Shown: piece by piece, positions 12,041 through 24,874 of the stretch
How positions within the stretch are numbered: position 1 is the stretch's first letter
Layout of the letters: every line of letters begins with the position of its first letter
NCBI GenBank assembly: GCA_965287045.1
Contig: OZ336880.1
Location: 50,530,001 to 50,594,000, forward strand
DNA: 64,000 nucleotides
Origin: Carcharhinus amblyrhynchos
Taxonomy: Eukaryota
Reading direction: 5' to 3'
Notes under the pieces: generated by a model
What the model was told of the DNA's origin: nothing
Databases searched by the model: none
What the model saw: only the letters and a program-made list of their open reading frames with translations
Position numbers and translations under genes: made by a program

Positions 12041-15000
12041 TTGATATCCCTGGTAGAATGCATGGAAGAGTAGGCAGAGAAAAAAAATAGCCCTTAATTT
12101 ATCATCAGGTAACTCGTGTGAATGATACAATAAAATGATGCTCATGCAAGTAACAGAACATTAAAATATGGGAAGTGAATTTTATACCGTATGCCTCAAA
12201 AGTTACACGAGATGTGGTCTACATTAAAAACTGAGAAGCATTTATATTTTTTGGCTTCATCAGATGGGTTCAAAAAACATCTTGGCAAGCTTTAACTAAA
12301 AGGAAATGATGTTTATAAGTGCATTTTTAATCCCAAAAAAGCCCAGTGTTTATGATTTTGTGCTTGAAAAGGAGCCAAAATTCATTAAATGGGTGTAAGG
12401 ACTAAGATAAAGAGAAATCATGTAAATAGAATTGAAGTTGATAATAAACTTAAAATTATTCTAAAACAAACTAGAATTGTAAAGAATTCAGAGCACTGTA
12501 GGAAGGAGCTGATGGCTTGCGCCCAATGCCATCTGCTCCTTCGACAGTCTGAAGATAAATCAGTTTATTTTTGCATTCCGGATGGAAAATTGTTTCCATA
12601 GAAAGTAGATCCACTCTTACCAGTTATTAACTTTAAAAGGATATAAAAGGAGCATAGTGCTCATTCCAGATTTATACACTCTGTACTGAAGCAGATCTAA
12701 TAGACCTGATAAAGTAAAAGCAGGTTAACTGTACTAAGGACTTGTTATATGGAAAATCAATTTGAATGCCATAAATTTTTGCAACTCTTTTACTGTTATA
12801 TTCTGGGCTACATTGTATATGTTTTTCTTCAGTTTCAAAATACCATACTTTAAATGCCTTATTGAGTCAAGCGAACTCCTGACTTAAATGGAAATGTCTG
12901 TTGCATGGTAGCCGTTTTGTCTATGGATTATATGAGCTCTCCAAAGAGACATCAGTGTTTTCCATGTATTCTAAATTAAAGCCCATCCTTATCATTTTGA
13001 GAAATTATAATATTAAAATCTTCTTGTGTAGAGTAGGCAACTGGAAACAAACTACTGCAGTTGTTTTCAGGGAAAATGATACAATCTAATGTACGCAACA
13101 AAAAATGACTGCTATGAAGCAATGTACTGAGCGAAAATACAAAAAATTCCTTGCGGTTCTATAAACTAAACAATTATTATGTTAGGATGTTCAAGCAACA
13201 ATCAGACTAGTATTATTTTATACAATATATTCATTGCATTCCACTGCAATACGTTTGCTACTCATATCAGCGTGGACTTGTGTTTACTTCTTGGTTTCAA
13301 ACTCTGAGTTCTAAAAGCAATTTTAAAATTAAGTATCCAAAATCAGAATGCAGTTGGGAAATATTTGCTTCAAGAAAATTTCAGAAATAGTTACTCGACA
13401 AAATACCAGCAGCTTACTACAAAAAGAAAAGTTCAGTAATGACCAAAATCTGATTAACTAAATATATTTGAAACAATTCAATGGAGTACAGAGAATCAAA
13501 TGTCTTTTTCCCAATACATCTTTGATTGTTACGTTTCAATTCAAAATTGGTTCATTCAAACTATGTAATTATTCAGCTTTTTAGTATTAACTTTGAACTC
13601 TGGTGTATTATTTACATTGCTTAATTGAATGTACTTGATAATTTAGACTGTTAGTGCAAAAAGGTTATTGGTGGACTGCACTGCAAAACGGCTAGACGTT
13701 TTAATAAAGTTGGACCAGAGTGAATACAGGTCATTGGGCATTATGTTTAAACTGTAGAGGCCTGAGATCAGACTGCACCTTGAGTGCTACAGGAAATTCT
13801 AGCTACCCAGGAGATATTCACACCTGGAGGCAGCTCAATGAGCCATAAGATTCATTCTTTTTCTTGGAGTGAATAATGATGAGAAACTGGTGAAGTTTGA
13901 CCTTTTCCCTCTTGAAATTAAACAATTAATAAATGATCTTATCGAGGCACACAAGATAATGAACTGTATGAAGAAGATGGATCAGACATACTGGCTGAAC
14001 TTCCCCCGCCGTTCATGCTGGCTGCTCTGCCAGTGAGAATAGAGAACTTGGCACTCAGCCAAATCTCCATTCACTGCAGCGGGACTAGAGAATCCCAGCC
14101 ACAGGCAAAATCGGAGAATCTGGCCCATTACTTCAAACTGAATTCTGATGGTTGACCAAGGACTCAGGTTCTAAATTACAGAGGCGAATTTCAGGCTGTT
14201 AGGAATTCTCTACTCAAAGCAACACACTAATGGAGAGGCAAAGGTATAAGACATGGAATAATTTAACAAGTAATTTGATGCTATGATGAAGACACCAGAG
14301 GATCTTTCTAGATGGAAGAGCCTGAGAGCTGTTTTTCTAGCTTCAGATGAAAGCAAGCAAATATGTTATCTATTCTTTTGAACTGAATCCAGGGAGACAA
14401 TGTGATTTCCTGAATTGTGACAAATTGAGTTGTTGCAGCTATTCACTACAACCCATCCCTTTTTGAACATTGTCCAAATGTTGAAAGGTGTTCTGATATC
14501 TGGCCGCTGTGACCTATAATGAGTAATTGTGAGTAATCATTAGAATGGATTCTTCCAATAAATAATGAGTGTAAAATGTTTTTGCTTGATGTATTTTGGG
14601 AATAATAAACGAATAATAAAGATTTTTAATGCAGCATAATGCTACTATTAATATAAAATTGAGATGTAAGGTATTGAAAAGTTATAGGTAGAATTAACAA
14701 TCCAGTATAGTAATGAATCTATCCAATAAATTCTTTTGAAAAATTAACCTATCAGTTAAAGCAAAGAGTAGTTTACAAATCCATCTGCCATGAGTGAAAT
14801 ATATTTATAGCTTATAGCCTGAATTATGGTAATTTTGAAAAATATTTTGATTTAAGTTGTATGAATATAACTATTGGATAATGCGTAGCTGATGGTTGTG
14901 GTTATATGATACGAATGTGATTTTCTGTCCAGGTTCAGAATTGATACAAGATATTCTGATCTAGCTGTCATTGGTGCCTGCTGTACATCCCATGCTAATT

Positions 15001-15805
15001 TTAGCCAATTTTCAAATTGTTGAATCTTCACCAGAGCCAAAAGATCTAAGGAATAATCTGACAGATTAGGTTTGAAGGTTTATGGTGGGATAAATAATGA
15101 TAGATCATTTTCATAGGTCAATGAGACAGAAAAAAATTAGAACAAATTTAACAGAAATACAAAAGAAAGTAATAGGTTAGAGAAAAAGATCCTCTTTCCA
15201 CAAAATATGGTTAGAATGTCAAATTTTCTATTGCAAACCTTTGTTGAGCAGAGTCTGTGGGCTGGATTTTCACTGAGTCTGGATGACTAGGAAGCCCTTT
15301 AAAAATGGGACTTGAGTCCGAATTCCAGGATTTCCAATCCTGTTTCCAGGATTGGACTGGTTTAGGTCACAAACCCACACCCTGTGCTCCCAACTTGGTT
15401 GGCTCCATTGCAAGGATAGGCAGGACCTAGTCCTCCGCAACTTTCACGGAGTAGGGCTGGCTGTTCAACAAATGAAGATTCATGGCACTTCAGAGGTGTT
15501 ACAAACAATAGTCTGCATGAGGGAATGTTTTGAAAGTAAATTCAAAATGTTCCCTTCATGACCTCAATGCTTGATTGACAGCTCTGTTTTTCTGATCCAT
15601 ACTGTCAATTGCACAATGTTTATTTCCCTGAGGTAATGAGATTTCAAGTACTTGCAGTTTCAGCTGTTGGTACTCCAAAGGTTTTGGATGATTGACAGTT
15701 TGTAGTAAGTAGGATTTAATTAAGAAAATGGAATGTTATCAATGCATGACTGCTTTTTAAGCTTTTTTTTACATTGCCTACTATCACTATATGAGTTATT
15801 GATCC

Positions 15806-16152
15806 TCATAGAATCATGCAACCCTTCAGTGCAGAAAGAGGCCCTTCAGCCCATTGAGTCTGCACCGAACACAATCCCACCCAGGCCCTACTCCCACATA
15901 CCTACATATTATACCCACTAATCCCTCTAACTTACTCATCCCTGGACACTAAGGGGCAATTTCTTAACATAGCCAATCAACCTAACCCGCACATCTTTGG
16001 GCTGTGGGAGGAAACCAGAATACCTGGAGGAAACCCATGTGGACACGAGGAGAATGTGCAAACTCCACACAGACAGTGACCCGAGCTGGGAATCAAACCC
16101 AAGACCCTAGAGTTGTGAAGCAGCAGTGCTAACCACTGTGCTACCGTGCCGC
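15806..16152 (-). mobile_element. HE1-like V-SINE, tail type A
   Basis: Reverse-complement full-length copy. Confidence 0.88.
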
Positions 16153-17017
16153 CTGTACAATGTATCCTATACAATGTATAGTTTGTGAATGGGCATGGAA
16201 GGGCCATGACTTGGAATGGGGATCATAGGAGACAGTTTGGGGGGCATACCGTAGCATGAGAGCATAAGGAGTCATGAACATTGGTTTGTGCAGGAGGAGC
16301 CATGGGTGGTGGTGGGGAGTCATGAGGTGACGTGAGCTGTGTGTGGAGGTGAGAGGGTGAGGACTGGAGGAGTTTTCTATTTTTGATATCATGAGGATGA
16401 AGTCGCATAACACCAAGGCAAGCCATTTGATCAGCCCACTTCTGCACCCGGCAGCCCCTTTGTCTGCCTCTGAACCTTTTTCCAGGTTACCACACACCCC
16501 CACATCCTCTCCCTCCTCCTCCTCCATAGTTAAAATCCCATTCGGTGGGCATTTATTCCCAAGGCGGGCAAGCAAAACCCAGGAATTTTCCCAACTCCCA
16601 TTACTCATTTCATGAATGAAAATCCAGCTCCTTAGGTCTTTTCAAAAATAAATTATGTGGTTGCAAATGAGAAGTGTCAAAGTTATTGGATTGAGAAACG
16701 AAAGTGGGCTTAGACTCACCACAAGAAAAATATTGGTGAAGGTTGTTGTGTCAAAAGTTTTATCTCTGACCTGTGGTATTGTGATAATCTATGATGTTTA
16801 TATCTGTGGCAGATGATTCCAAGATTTATTTTATGCTATTTCTGCTCACTCTTCCACATACTTTGCTCTTCAACAGAAACCTGTAATTCATTCTTAGCCT
16901 TAAGAATATACAAAATAAGGGCAGGAATAGCCCATTCAGCCCTTCAAACCCTCTCCGCCATTCAGTGATACCATGGCTCACCTATCACTTCAACACTGTT
17001 TTTCTGTATCTATCTGA

Positions 17018-17325
17018 TTCATAGAATCATAGAATGCTACAGTGCAGAAGGAGGCCATTTGGTCCATTGAGTCTGCATCGACTACAATCCCACCAAGGCC
17101 CTATCCCCACAGCCTCATGCATTTAGTCCCCCCGACACTAAGGAAATATTTAGCATGGCCAATCCACCTAACCTGCACATCTTTGGAGTGTGGGAGGAAA
17201 CCAGAGCACTCAGAGGAAGCCCACACAGACATTGGGAAAATGTTCACATAGACAGTAACCCAAGCCAGGAATCGAACCTTGGTCCCAGGTGACGTGAGGC
17301 TGCAATGCTAACCACCATGCTGCCT
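17018..17325 (-). mobile_element. HE1-like V-SINE, tail type A
   Basis: (CATAGAAT)n tail and reverse-complement V core. Confidence 0.85.
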
Positions 17326-18261
17326 CCACTTATCTTACCTCCACCTTCATCATTGACCCTTTCAATCTTTGTTCATCCTGTGAGATTTCAATCATTGCAG
17401 TGCCCCAAGAAAAGCATATTGCAAAAGAACAAGAACATGTTGCCAGAGAAGTATAAATCCCACATTTAGAATTGTAATGCTCCCTCAGTAAATTGGATGA
17501 TTCCCTGCTCAATAATTGGCTGAATTGGTAGATACTGATACTGTGCAGATAAAATATCTACCCAGACAAATATAGGGTGGACAATTCTGACTGTCAAAAA
17601 TATGATAAAAGCCCAGATTTTCAGTCAACATCCGAGTCATATTTGGCAAACAAAAGGTAGGAACCTCACCAAGGGTTGTCTTGAAGATTTACTTCTCCTG
17701 TCAAGGGAAGGGGGAAACAAATTACAGATCGTTTTGTGGACATTTTAATGGTCAATTGAAGTATGTTGCTTGTTATTTAGTGAGAAATGGTGATGTTATG
17801 TGCTTTGGGAATGTTTGTCGAGAAAGGAGGAAGTAATAACATATTATTTGCTCAGTTAAATAAATAATGACAGTCTATCCTTTTTAATGTTTGCACAATC
17901 TCTAAATCTGAGATTAAGAAATCAACTTCACTCCAAGGTCATCGACAGCAGGCGTGTTTGTACAACAATCTATTTCACTAAAAACTGTATTGGTGATAAT
18001 GACCCATTCTACAGGAACTGAAAGAGGAAATACAGTGGAAATGCATTAGAATGGCTTTGTATTAATTAGGGTAGAAATGCATAATATTGCATTAGCCAAC
18101 CTGGAACTATTTTTAATTCCATTCTTAGTTTCATCTGGTTGTAACATTTCTCGAAATAAGGGGAAGTTTACAAATCTGCAGGTAGTATTTTTGATGGATT
18201 AATCTTGGTAAGTGTCAGTCTTTATGGTATTTTATGGTGCAATTTTCATTTTATGCTCTAG

Positions 18262-18414
18262 GGTTAGTGGACTCTCTCCATTCATGGGTGATAACGACAA
18301 CGAAACCCTTGCCAATGTAACGTCTGCTACCTGGGACTTTGATGATGATGCCTTTGATGAGATTTCAGATGATGCCAAAGACTTCATTAGTAATCTACTG
18401 AAAAAAGACATGAA
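18262..18414 (+). CDS. MYLK: MYLK coding exon (VSGLSPFMGDNDNETLANVTSATWDFDDDAFDEISDDAKDFISNLLKKDMK)
   Basis: smMLCK C-lobe sequence. Acceptor is atgctctAG|18262 and donor is 18414|GTAAAA. In phase with both neighbouring exons. Confidence 0.96.
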
Positions 18415-18547
18415 GTAAAATTTTTCACTTGCAAAATCTCGGATTTAATTTTTAATCAAATTATTTTCATAGATAGTAATTCATGTTATGCTGAAAAAGT
18501 ATTCATGATCATATCTAATCTCTCCATATATGTTCATACATTACCAG

Positions 18548-18671
18548 ACACCGCATGAACTGTGATCAGTGTCTCGAGCACAAGTGGCTGAAAAAAGATG
18601 TTAAAAACATGGCAGTGAAAAAGCTTTCAAAGGAAAGAATGAAGAAGTACATGGCCAGGAGGAAATGGCAG
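18548..18671 (+). CDS. MYLK: MYLK coding exon (HRMNCDQCLEHKWLKKDVKNMAVKKLSKERMKKYMARRKWQ; kinase end plus autoinhibitory segment)
   Basis: Translated by hand (absent from the ORF track). Acceptor is ttaccAG|18548 and donor is 18671|GTACAA. Follows a 133-bp intron. Confidence 0.95.
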
Positions 18672-20219
18672 GTACAACTGACAATAACAAAAAACAGCAA
18701 ATGTAATAACTGAGTCACTGAGAAATATCCTCCCTGAACTAACTCAGAAAATATGAGACAAAATGCAGAAGGGTAACATGTTTCTATTATTTTCTTTTAC
18801 CCAAATCTCTTCTCCTTCCTTCCTGGAGATGCTGTTTCAAGCTATTCATCTAAATGTTGTAATAAAGCAGAGTTTTGCAGCCCTCTGATACATTACCCAA
18901 GTTACCATTATTCCCAGATGAAGCTAAACAGTTGGTGTTGATAGGATTGGTATCACATTTTCCATCAGAGATTACTAAATAATGAACATGAGTGAGCTTT
19001 TGTTTATCCCTCCCCAATCCAGATCAACATTAACTTCTGAACTTATCCCAGAGCAAAGACTGAACCTGAGAACATCTTTGCCTTCATGGCAAGTGGATTG
19101 TTTAATGAAGCATTTCCAATTTCGAACACACTTGTTAGCATTAAGTATCAGGCACAAGTCAGTAAGATGTTGGAAAAGTTGAATCTCCTATCCCCCAGGA
19201 ATGTTTCTGACCTATCTTACCACACCAGTGTGACGGTTACTATGGGTACCTTCTTTGTGCTTTCACTTTGTGCAATGATTAATTTGGGAGTTGCGAACCA
19301 ACCACCAATTAACAGTGGTGTTGAAACTGCCCAAATTCATCCATGTAATTTTCTTTAACGACCAATATAGAGATTATACCAAGCCTGATCCTAGCAGTAA
19401 AATCACAGTGTATTGCTCCATTCTGCCATACAACAGTTGGGGCTAAAAGCTGATTACAAGCCATACCACTGTTAGGGAACCATTTTTTTCCTTTTACAGT
19501 AATAAATATGTTGCCCTTTTCCCCATTAATCTTCCATTTCCCTCATAAAAGTCATGCATTTCCATCTCATCTACTACCATTTGAATGCAGTGCTATCCAT
19601 CATGAGTTGGGTTATTGCTAATCTTTGAGAAAATTATTTCCATATTTCTACTAGATGTAATTTGCTTTTCTACTTTTGACTTCCTGGAGCACAATGCGAT
19701 TGCTCTCCGACTTCTGCTCAGAATGGCACAAAATTGCTGGAGTGTCATTACTGTCCACCTGCTGCTGGCATTTTGAGGCCAAGACCATCTTCAGGCCCAG
19801 ATTCCCATCCGTGGGTCAGGTGTGCGGAGAAGAGAGAATTCCAGGCTCTGTGAACCCGACTTTAAAATGGCGGCCTGGATATCATATTTTTGGCCCAGAG
19901 GAGCGAGCTGGGTGACCCTGGGAGAAGTGAGGAGGCTATCAGGTGCAGAGGCAGGATGGGCAGAAGGCCTAACTCCTCTTAGAATTTACATGAAATTAGT
20001 AAGGGAATCAAGATTCCACCCCTTTGAACTCCAACTGCTGGCCATACATTGCCCAGACTAGAAATGGAGAGATGTCAGTTGAAAGCTGTGCCCTGTAGAG
20101 TTTGATAAAATTAATGATCAATGCATAGTGTGCCACTGCATTGTATTTGCGATATGTTTTATCCTGAAACAAAACTTGTATGGAAATATTATGTTATTCA
20201 ATTTTTTTGTGATTTGCAG

Positions 20220-20355
20220 AAAACAGGACATGCAGTGAGGGCAATAGGGCGGCTCTCTTCGATGGCAATGTTAGCTGGTCTAAGTGGGAAGAAAGCCTCA
20301 CTGGGAAACACACCCACCAGTCCTACAGATTCTGCTGAAAAGCCGGAAGCTGAAA
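20220..20355 (+). CDS. MYLK: MYLK coding exon (KTGHAVRAIGRLSSMAMLAGLSGKKASLGNTPTSPTDSAEKPEAE; calmodulin-binding site; telokin-equivalent ATG at 20262)
   Basis: Splicing gives ARRKWQKTGHAVRAIGRLSS, the canonical smMLCK CaM-binding peptide. Acceptor is gatttgcAG|20220 and donor is 20355|GTAAAT. Confidence 0.95.
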
Positions 20356-20379
20356 GTAAATAAAACTCAGGGTGTTTTT

Positions 20380-20915
20380 TTATTTGATTTTGATTTGATT
20401 TATTATTGTCACATGTATTAACATACAGTGAAAAGTCTCATGTGTGCTATACAGACAAAACGTACCATTCATAGAGAAGGAAATGAGAGAGTGCAGAATG
20501 TGGTGTTACAGTCATAGCTAGGGTGTAGAGAAAGATCAACTTAATGCAAGGTAAGTCCATTCAAAAGTCTGACAGCAGCAGGGAAGAAGCTGTTCTTGAG
20601 TCGGTTGGTATGTGACCTCAGACTTTTGTATCTTATTACGAAGAGAGAATGTCCAGGGTGCATGGGGTCCTTAATTATGCTGGCAACAGGAAGAGTAGAC
20701 AGAATCAATGGATGGGAGGCTGATTTGCATGATGGATTGGACTACATTCACGACCTTTTGTAGGTCTTTGGCAGAACAGGAGCCATACCAAGCTGTGATA
20801 CAACCAGAAAGAATGGTTTCTGTGGTGTATCTGTATGAGTTGGTGAGAGTCATAGCTGACATGTCAAATTTCCTTAGTCTTCTGAGAAAATAGAGGCTTT
20901 GGTGGGCTTTATTTT
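20380..20915 (-). mobile_element. Rex1/Babar-type LINE 3' fragment
   Basis: ORF KAHQSLYFLRRLRKFDMS...ETILSGCITAWYGSCS resembles the Rex1 RT C-terminus; (ATCAA)n-like tail. Confidence 0.8.
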
Positions 20916-21493
20916 TCAAGATTCCATTATGTTTACATCTAGAGCATGAATCAGTACCACAGCCATGAGATTAAAATGTTTATCATTTCTATCTTTATAT
21001 TTTGGCAGTCACAATTCCCCCATAAATTGCACAACACCTAGCCAGTAACTGGATGAGTAATAATCCCATCAAAACTCAAATGTTGCCTCAAAACAAAAAA
21101 CCTAGCATCAATTGTAGCCAAAGCTTAACAGAACCAGTATTTGCAACATCTGAAGTGTCCTGAAACTGCAGCTGGATGGATACTGATGGCAGGAAGTGAA
21201 CAGATAAAACAGAGAGATTCCTCTACAGTTAGCAAGAAATTAAAACCTTTAACCTTTACTTGATGCCATTAAATCTAAAACAACCCTTCATCTTTCAAGC
21301 CCAATGACTTTGTATCCTTAAGAGATTTTATGACCAATTTGTCAGCACTTATTAAAAATAATGGCCCAGATTCTTGCTTTCTGGTTTGCTGTCTGTGAGA
21401 ATGCTTCATTGTGACAGGTTGTTTGCCCTGTTTGATGGTTGTGAAGCTTTCATCACATGCCTTTCATCCTTAACCTCTGAAACTGACATGTGT

Positions 21494-21820
21494 GGGTAGC
21501 ATGATGGCACAATGGTTAGCACTGCTTCCTCAGAAATCCAGGGATCTGGGTTTGATTCCTGGCTTGGATCACTGACTGTGTGGAGTTTGCATGTTCTCTC
21601 TGTGTCTGTGTGGGTTTCCTCTGGGTGCTCTGGTTTCCTCCCACAGTCCAAAGATGCGCGGGTTAGGTTGATTGGCCATGCTCAATTGTCCCTTAGTCTC
21701 AGAGAGATTAGTAGGGTACATACTCGGGTTATGTAGATAGGGCCTGGGTGGGATTGTTGTCAGTGCAGGCTCGATGGGCTGAATGGCGTCTTTCTGCACT
21801 GTGGGGATTCTGTGATGTTC
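21494..21820 (+). mobile_element. HE1-like V-SINE, tail type A
   Basis: Full-length copy. Confidence 0.88.
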
Positions 21821-21899
21821 TGTCGCTTCTCTGATGGCACATTGGCAAGGTCTACCTATCAATGGGAAATCTATGAATTAACAAGGACTTTCAATCCAT

Positions 21900-22185
21900 A
21901 TTTCGGATGAGAGGTCCTGTCTGCCCTCTCATGTTGATGTCAAAGATCAAATGGTTACTATTTTGAAGAAGACAAGTGATGTCCTGAGCCAATATTTATC
22001 CCACAATTACCATCACAAAAGCAGATCATCTGGTGCTTATGACATTGCTGTTATTGGTTGCCTGCTATACAGAAATTAGCTGCTGCATTTCCTATATTAC
22101 GACAGTGACTACACTTAAAAAATACTTCATGGGCTGTAAAGCACTTTTAGATATCCAGTGCTATGTAAATGCAAATTTTTCTTAT
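21900..22185 (+). mobile_element. Deu-domain SINE relic
   Basis: CCTGTCTGCCCTCTCA...CCAATATTTATCCC...GACAGTGACTACACTT...GCTGTAAAGCACTTT. Confidence 0.7.
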
Positions 22186-22616
22186 TAAAAAGCTTTAAAA
22201 ATCATTGAAAAAGTTGCGCCCCATTGAATATGACGTAATTGGGTTTTTAATGTGATACCATGTTCAGATTTACTGCTAAATGGCCTTACGGACAAACTTC
22301 TTAAGGTTGTTGAATTTCCCCATTATAATAGGAGATTCCAAATAATTTTTAAATAATTCATGCTAGTTTATGATATTTATCTTCTAACTTAATCCTGTGT
22401 GAAAGTCCCGCACATTTAATTGACTATCTGCAAACATTTTAAAATTAAAAGTGATGGAACTGAGTGATTTATGTTTCCTGGTTTCTGTCTGTGAGAATAT
22501 GTCAATGTGATTGGCTACTTATTTTGTTCAATGGCATCACTGCTGCTACATGCTTGGAGATGCCCTTTGAGCAGAACAAATCATTGGGAAAGAATGGGCA
22601 AAATTTTTCTGAAAAA

Positions 22617-22958
22617 GGTGACACGGTGGCACAGTGGTCAGCACTGATGCTTCACAGCGCCAGGGACCTGGGTTCAATTCCAGCCTTGGGTGGCTGTCTG
22701 CGTGGAGTTTGCACACTCTCCATGTACCTGCATGGGTTTCCTTTGAGTGCTCCGATTTCCTCCCACAGCCGAAAGACTTGTAGGTTAGTTGGAATGCCCC
22801 TTAGTGTCCCAAGATGCGTAGATTAGATGGATTAGCCCTGGTAAATGTGTAGGATTACTGGGATAGGGAGAAGGAGAGGTCCTGGGTAAGATACTCTATC
22901 AGAGATGGTGCAGACTCAATGGGCCAACTGGCCTCCTTTTGCACCATAGGGATTCTAT
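22617..22958 (+). mobile_element. HE1-like V-SINE, tail type A
   Basis: tRNA head, V core and GGGATTCTAT tail. Confidence 0.85.
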
Positions 22959-24089
22959 ATTGAGCTGGTTAGAAATGCACATTGGCAACATGTACGACAG
23001 CTGACAAGATATCCCCCAAAATCTTATGAATAAGCTGCCGTTCAGGACAGCTGCCTGTCCCTTAGGAGAATCGGCCCAATCAGAGGACAAGCCACTCACA
23101 AGCTCCAGCAGAGCCATCAGGTATGGGGGGGTCATGGCTGAGGAAGGTAAGGGTCCTGCAGTCCACACTAGGTAGGCCAAAGACAATTTAAAAAGACATG
23201 AATGTTACATGTGCAGAGGGAAAACGCCTCCAAGGTAATTGCTGGGAATGTGCCTTCTCTGCCTACAGCCTCCTCGTTGAATAATAAAATGCTTTCCCTC
23301 TAGGCTGCTGCTGGAAGGCCTCCTGTATTCAGCCTGCAGCCTCCCCCACACAGTCAAGGGTCAATCTACTGCCGACGGTCTGGTAAAATGGCACAGAAGA
23401 GACATTGCAAGATTTTGAATTGTTTCCCACCTCCTTGCAGCAGGAAGCCAGTTGCCAATCCCCCAGTTGATAAAATTCCCTAGTGGTGATACATGGTTGA
23501 GGAGCCAATAAAACAGGGCTCCCCCTGATTAAACTGCCCCCTCGTTGTGTTCCTGCCTCACGTGGGCTGGGAAAATAAATACAATTTTTCCTGTGCAGCG
23601 GCAATAAATTAAATTGTGATCTGCATGCATCCCTCCAACCCTTTCTTTGCTCATTGCCAGCAGTTTAAATTGATTTGAAAAGCCTGACGTACGCTGGAGA
23701 CTTGGCCTTGGAACCGTGTCTGCAATCTTTCCCCATGTATCATCAATAGCACCGTATTGCCACCATTTGGAGTGTCAGTTTGTGAACTTCAGAAACTTGG
23801 TAGCATTGTGGATTTCAACCTTCCCACTTGGCTGATAGCCAGTGGAAAATGGGACAGTTTAATTGAACAAGCCCCAATATAAATTGGCACGAGAACATGC
23901 ATTTCAATAAATATGGATTAACAGTAATAATCTTCACTTTTAACTCAGGCTCTTGACAACTGGTTGAAAGTAAAATGCATGCTTCAGCTGCTCCAACATT
24001 GGCATTTGCCCAATACATGTGGGTATTATGTTCATACAGTGACCAAAAATGGATATTCTGTTTAAATGTTTTGTTTTTCCTTATCTCAG

Positions 24090-24221
24090 CTGATGAAGCC
24101 AAGATGCTTCTTGAGGCAGTTTCCGAAGAAAGGCAAAATTTTAAGCCATATTTTTCCAAGACCTTTAAAGACGCTGAAGTTGTAGAAGGCAGTGCCGCTC
24201 GCTTTGACTGCAAAATCGAAG
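24090..24221 (+). CDS. MYLK: MYLK coding exon (TDEAKMLLEAVSEERQNFKPYFSKTFKDAEVVEGSAARFDCKIE; start of the telokin Ig domain)
   Basis: PYFSKT..D.EVVEGSAARFDCKIE I-set Ig motif. Acceptor is ttatctcAG|24090 and donor is 24221|GTAAAT. Confidence 0.95.
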
Positions 24222-24757
24222 GTAAATTCACAGATTCTGACTCAGAATCGGAATGCATCGGTTGTGGTTTGCAGAATCTTTTGTTGAGAAACATATGCAC
24301 AGATTTCAATGTAAAACTGCCATGTTTTGTTTATATTGTTGGTGAATAATTGAATTATTTTTAAAGAGGGACCATTGCATTCTAAATTCCACGAGAGCAA
24401 AGCCTTCTTGTATCATGCAACATTTATTCAGATTATTTGATATAACTTCAGTGATTCTTGTTGATAAGAGAGTTGAAACACAGCACAAAGGGCCATTGGA
24501 ATATCAAAATGTCAAATCATCACTCATGTAAATGAGGCTGTATTTTTTAGGGAAGTGCTGCAAGAGACCACAGAACTATAAAAGTTTACAGAGATCCTTA
24601 TGGTCCACTTCTACCAGACCAACCCAAAACTATTTCCTACTTTCTCCCCATGGTGTTGTACCTTCCCCTGTTCAAAATGTTGTCCACTTTTCTCCAGAAC
24701 GATATTGTTGTCATTGCCTCAGCCACTCTCTGTGGAAATGTGTTCCATCATTTCACA

Positions 24758-24874
24758 ATGATATGGAGATGCCAGTGTTGGACTGGGTAAACACAGTAAG
24801 AAGTCTCACAACACCAGGTTAAAGTCCAACCTGGTGTTTTGAGACTCTAACCTGCTGTTGTGAGACTTCTTACT
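24758..24874. mobile_element. Miniature Penelope-terminus fold-back insertion inside an old CR1 fragment
   Basis: Matches the PLE terminus at 59270-59352. Inverted AGTAAGAAGTCTCACAACA / TGTTGTGAGACTTCTTACT. Flanked by TCATTTCACAA (24748) and TCATTTAACAA (24875). Confidence 0.75.

Noticed and set aside
23815-24349. 164-aa minus-strand ORF and 124-aa plus-strand ORF
   Set aside because: The minus ORF is the antisense shadow of the MYLK exon. The plus ORF is that exon with intronic read-through.
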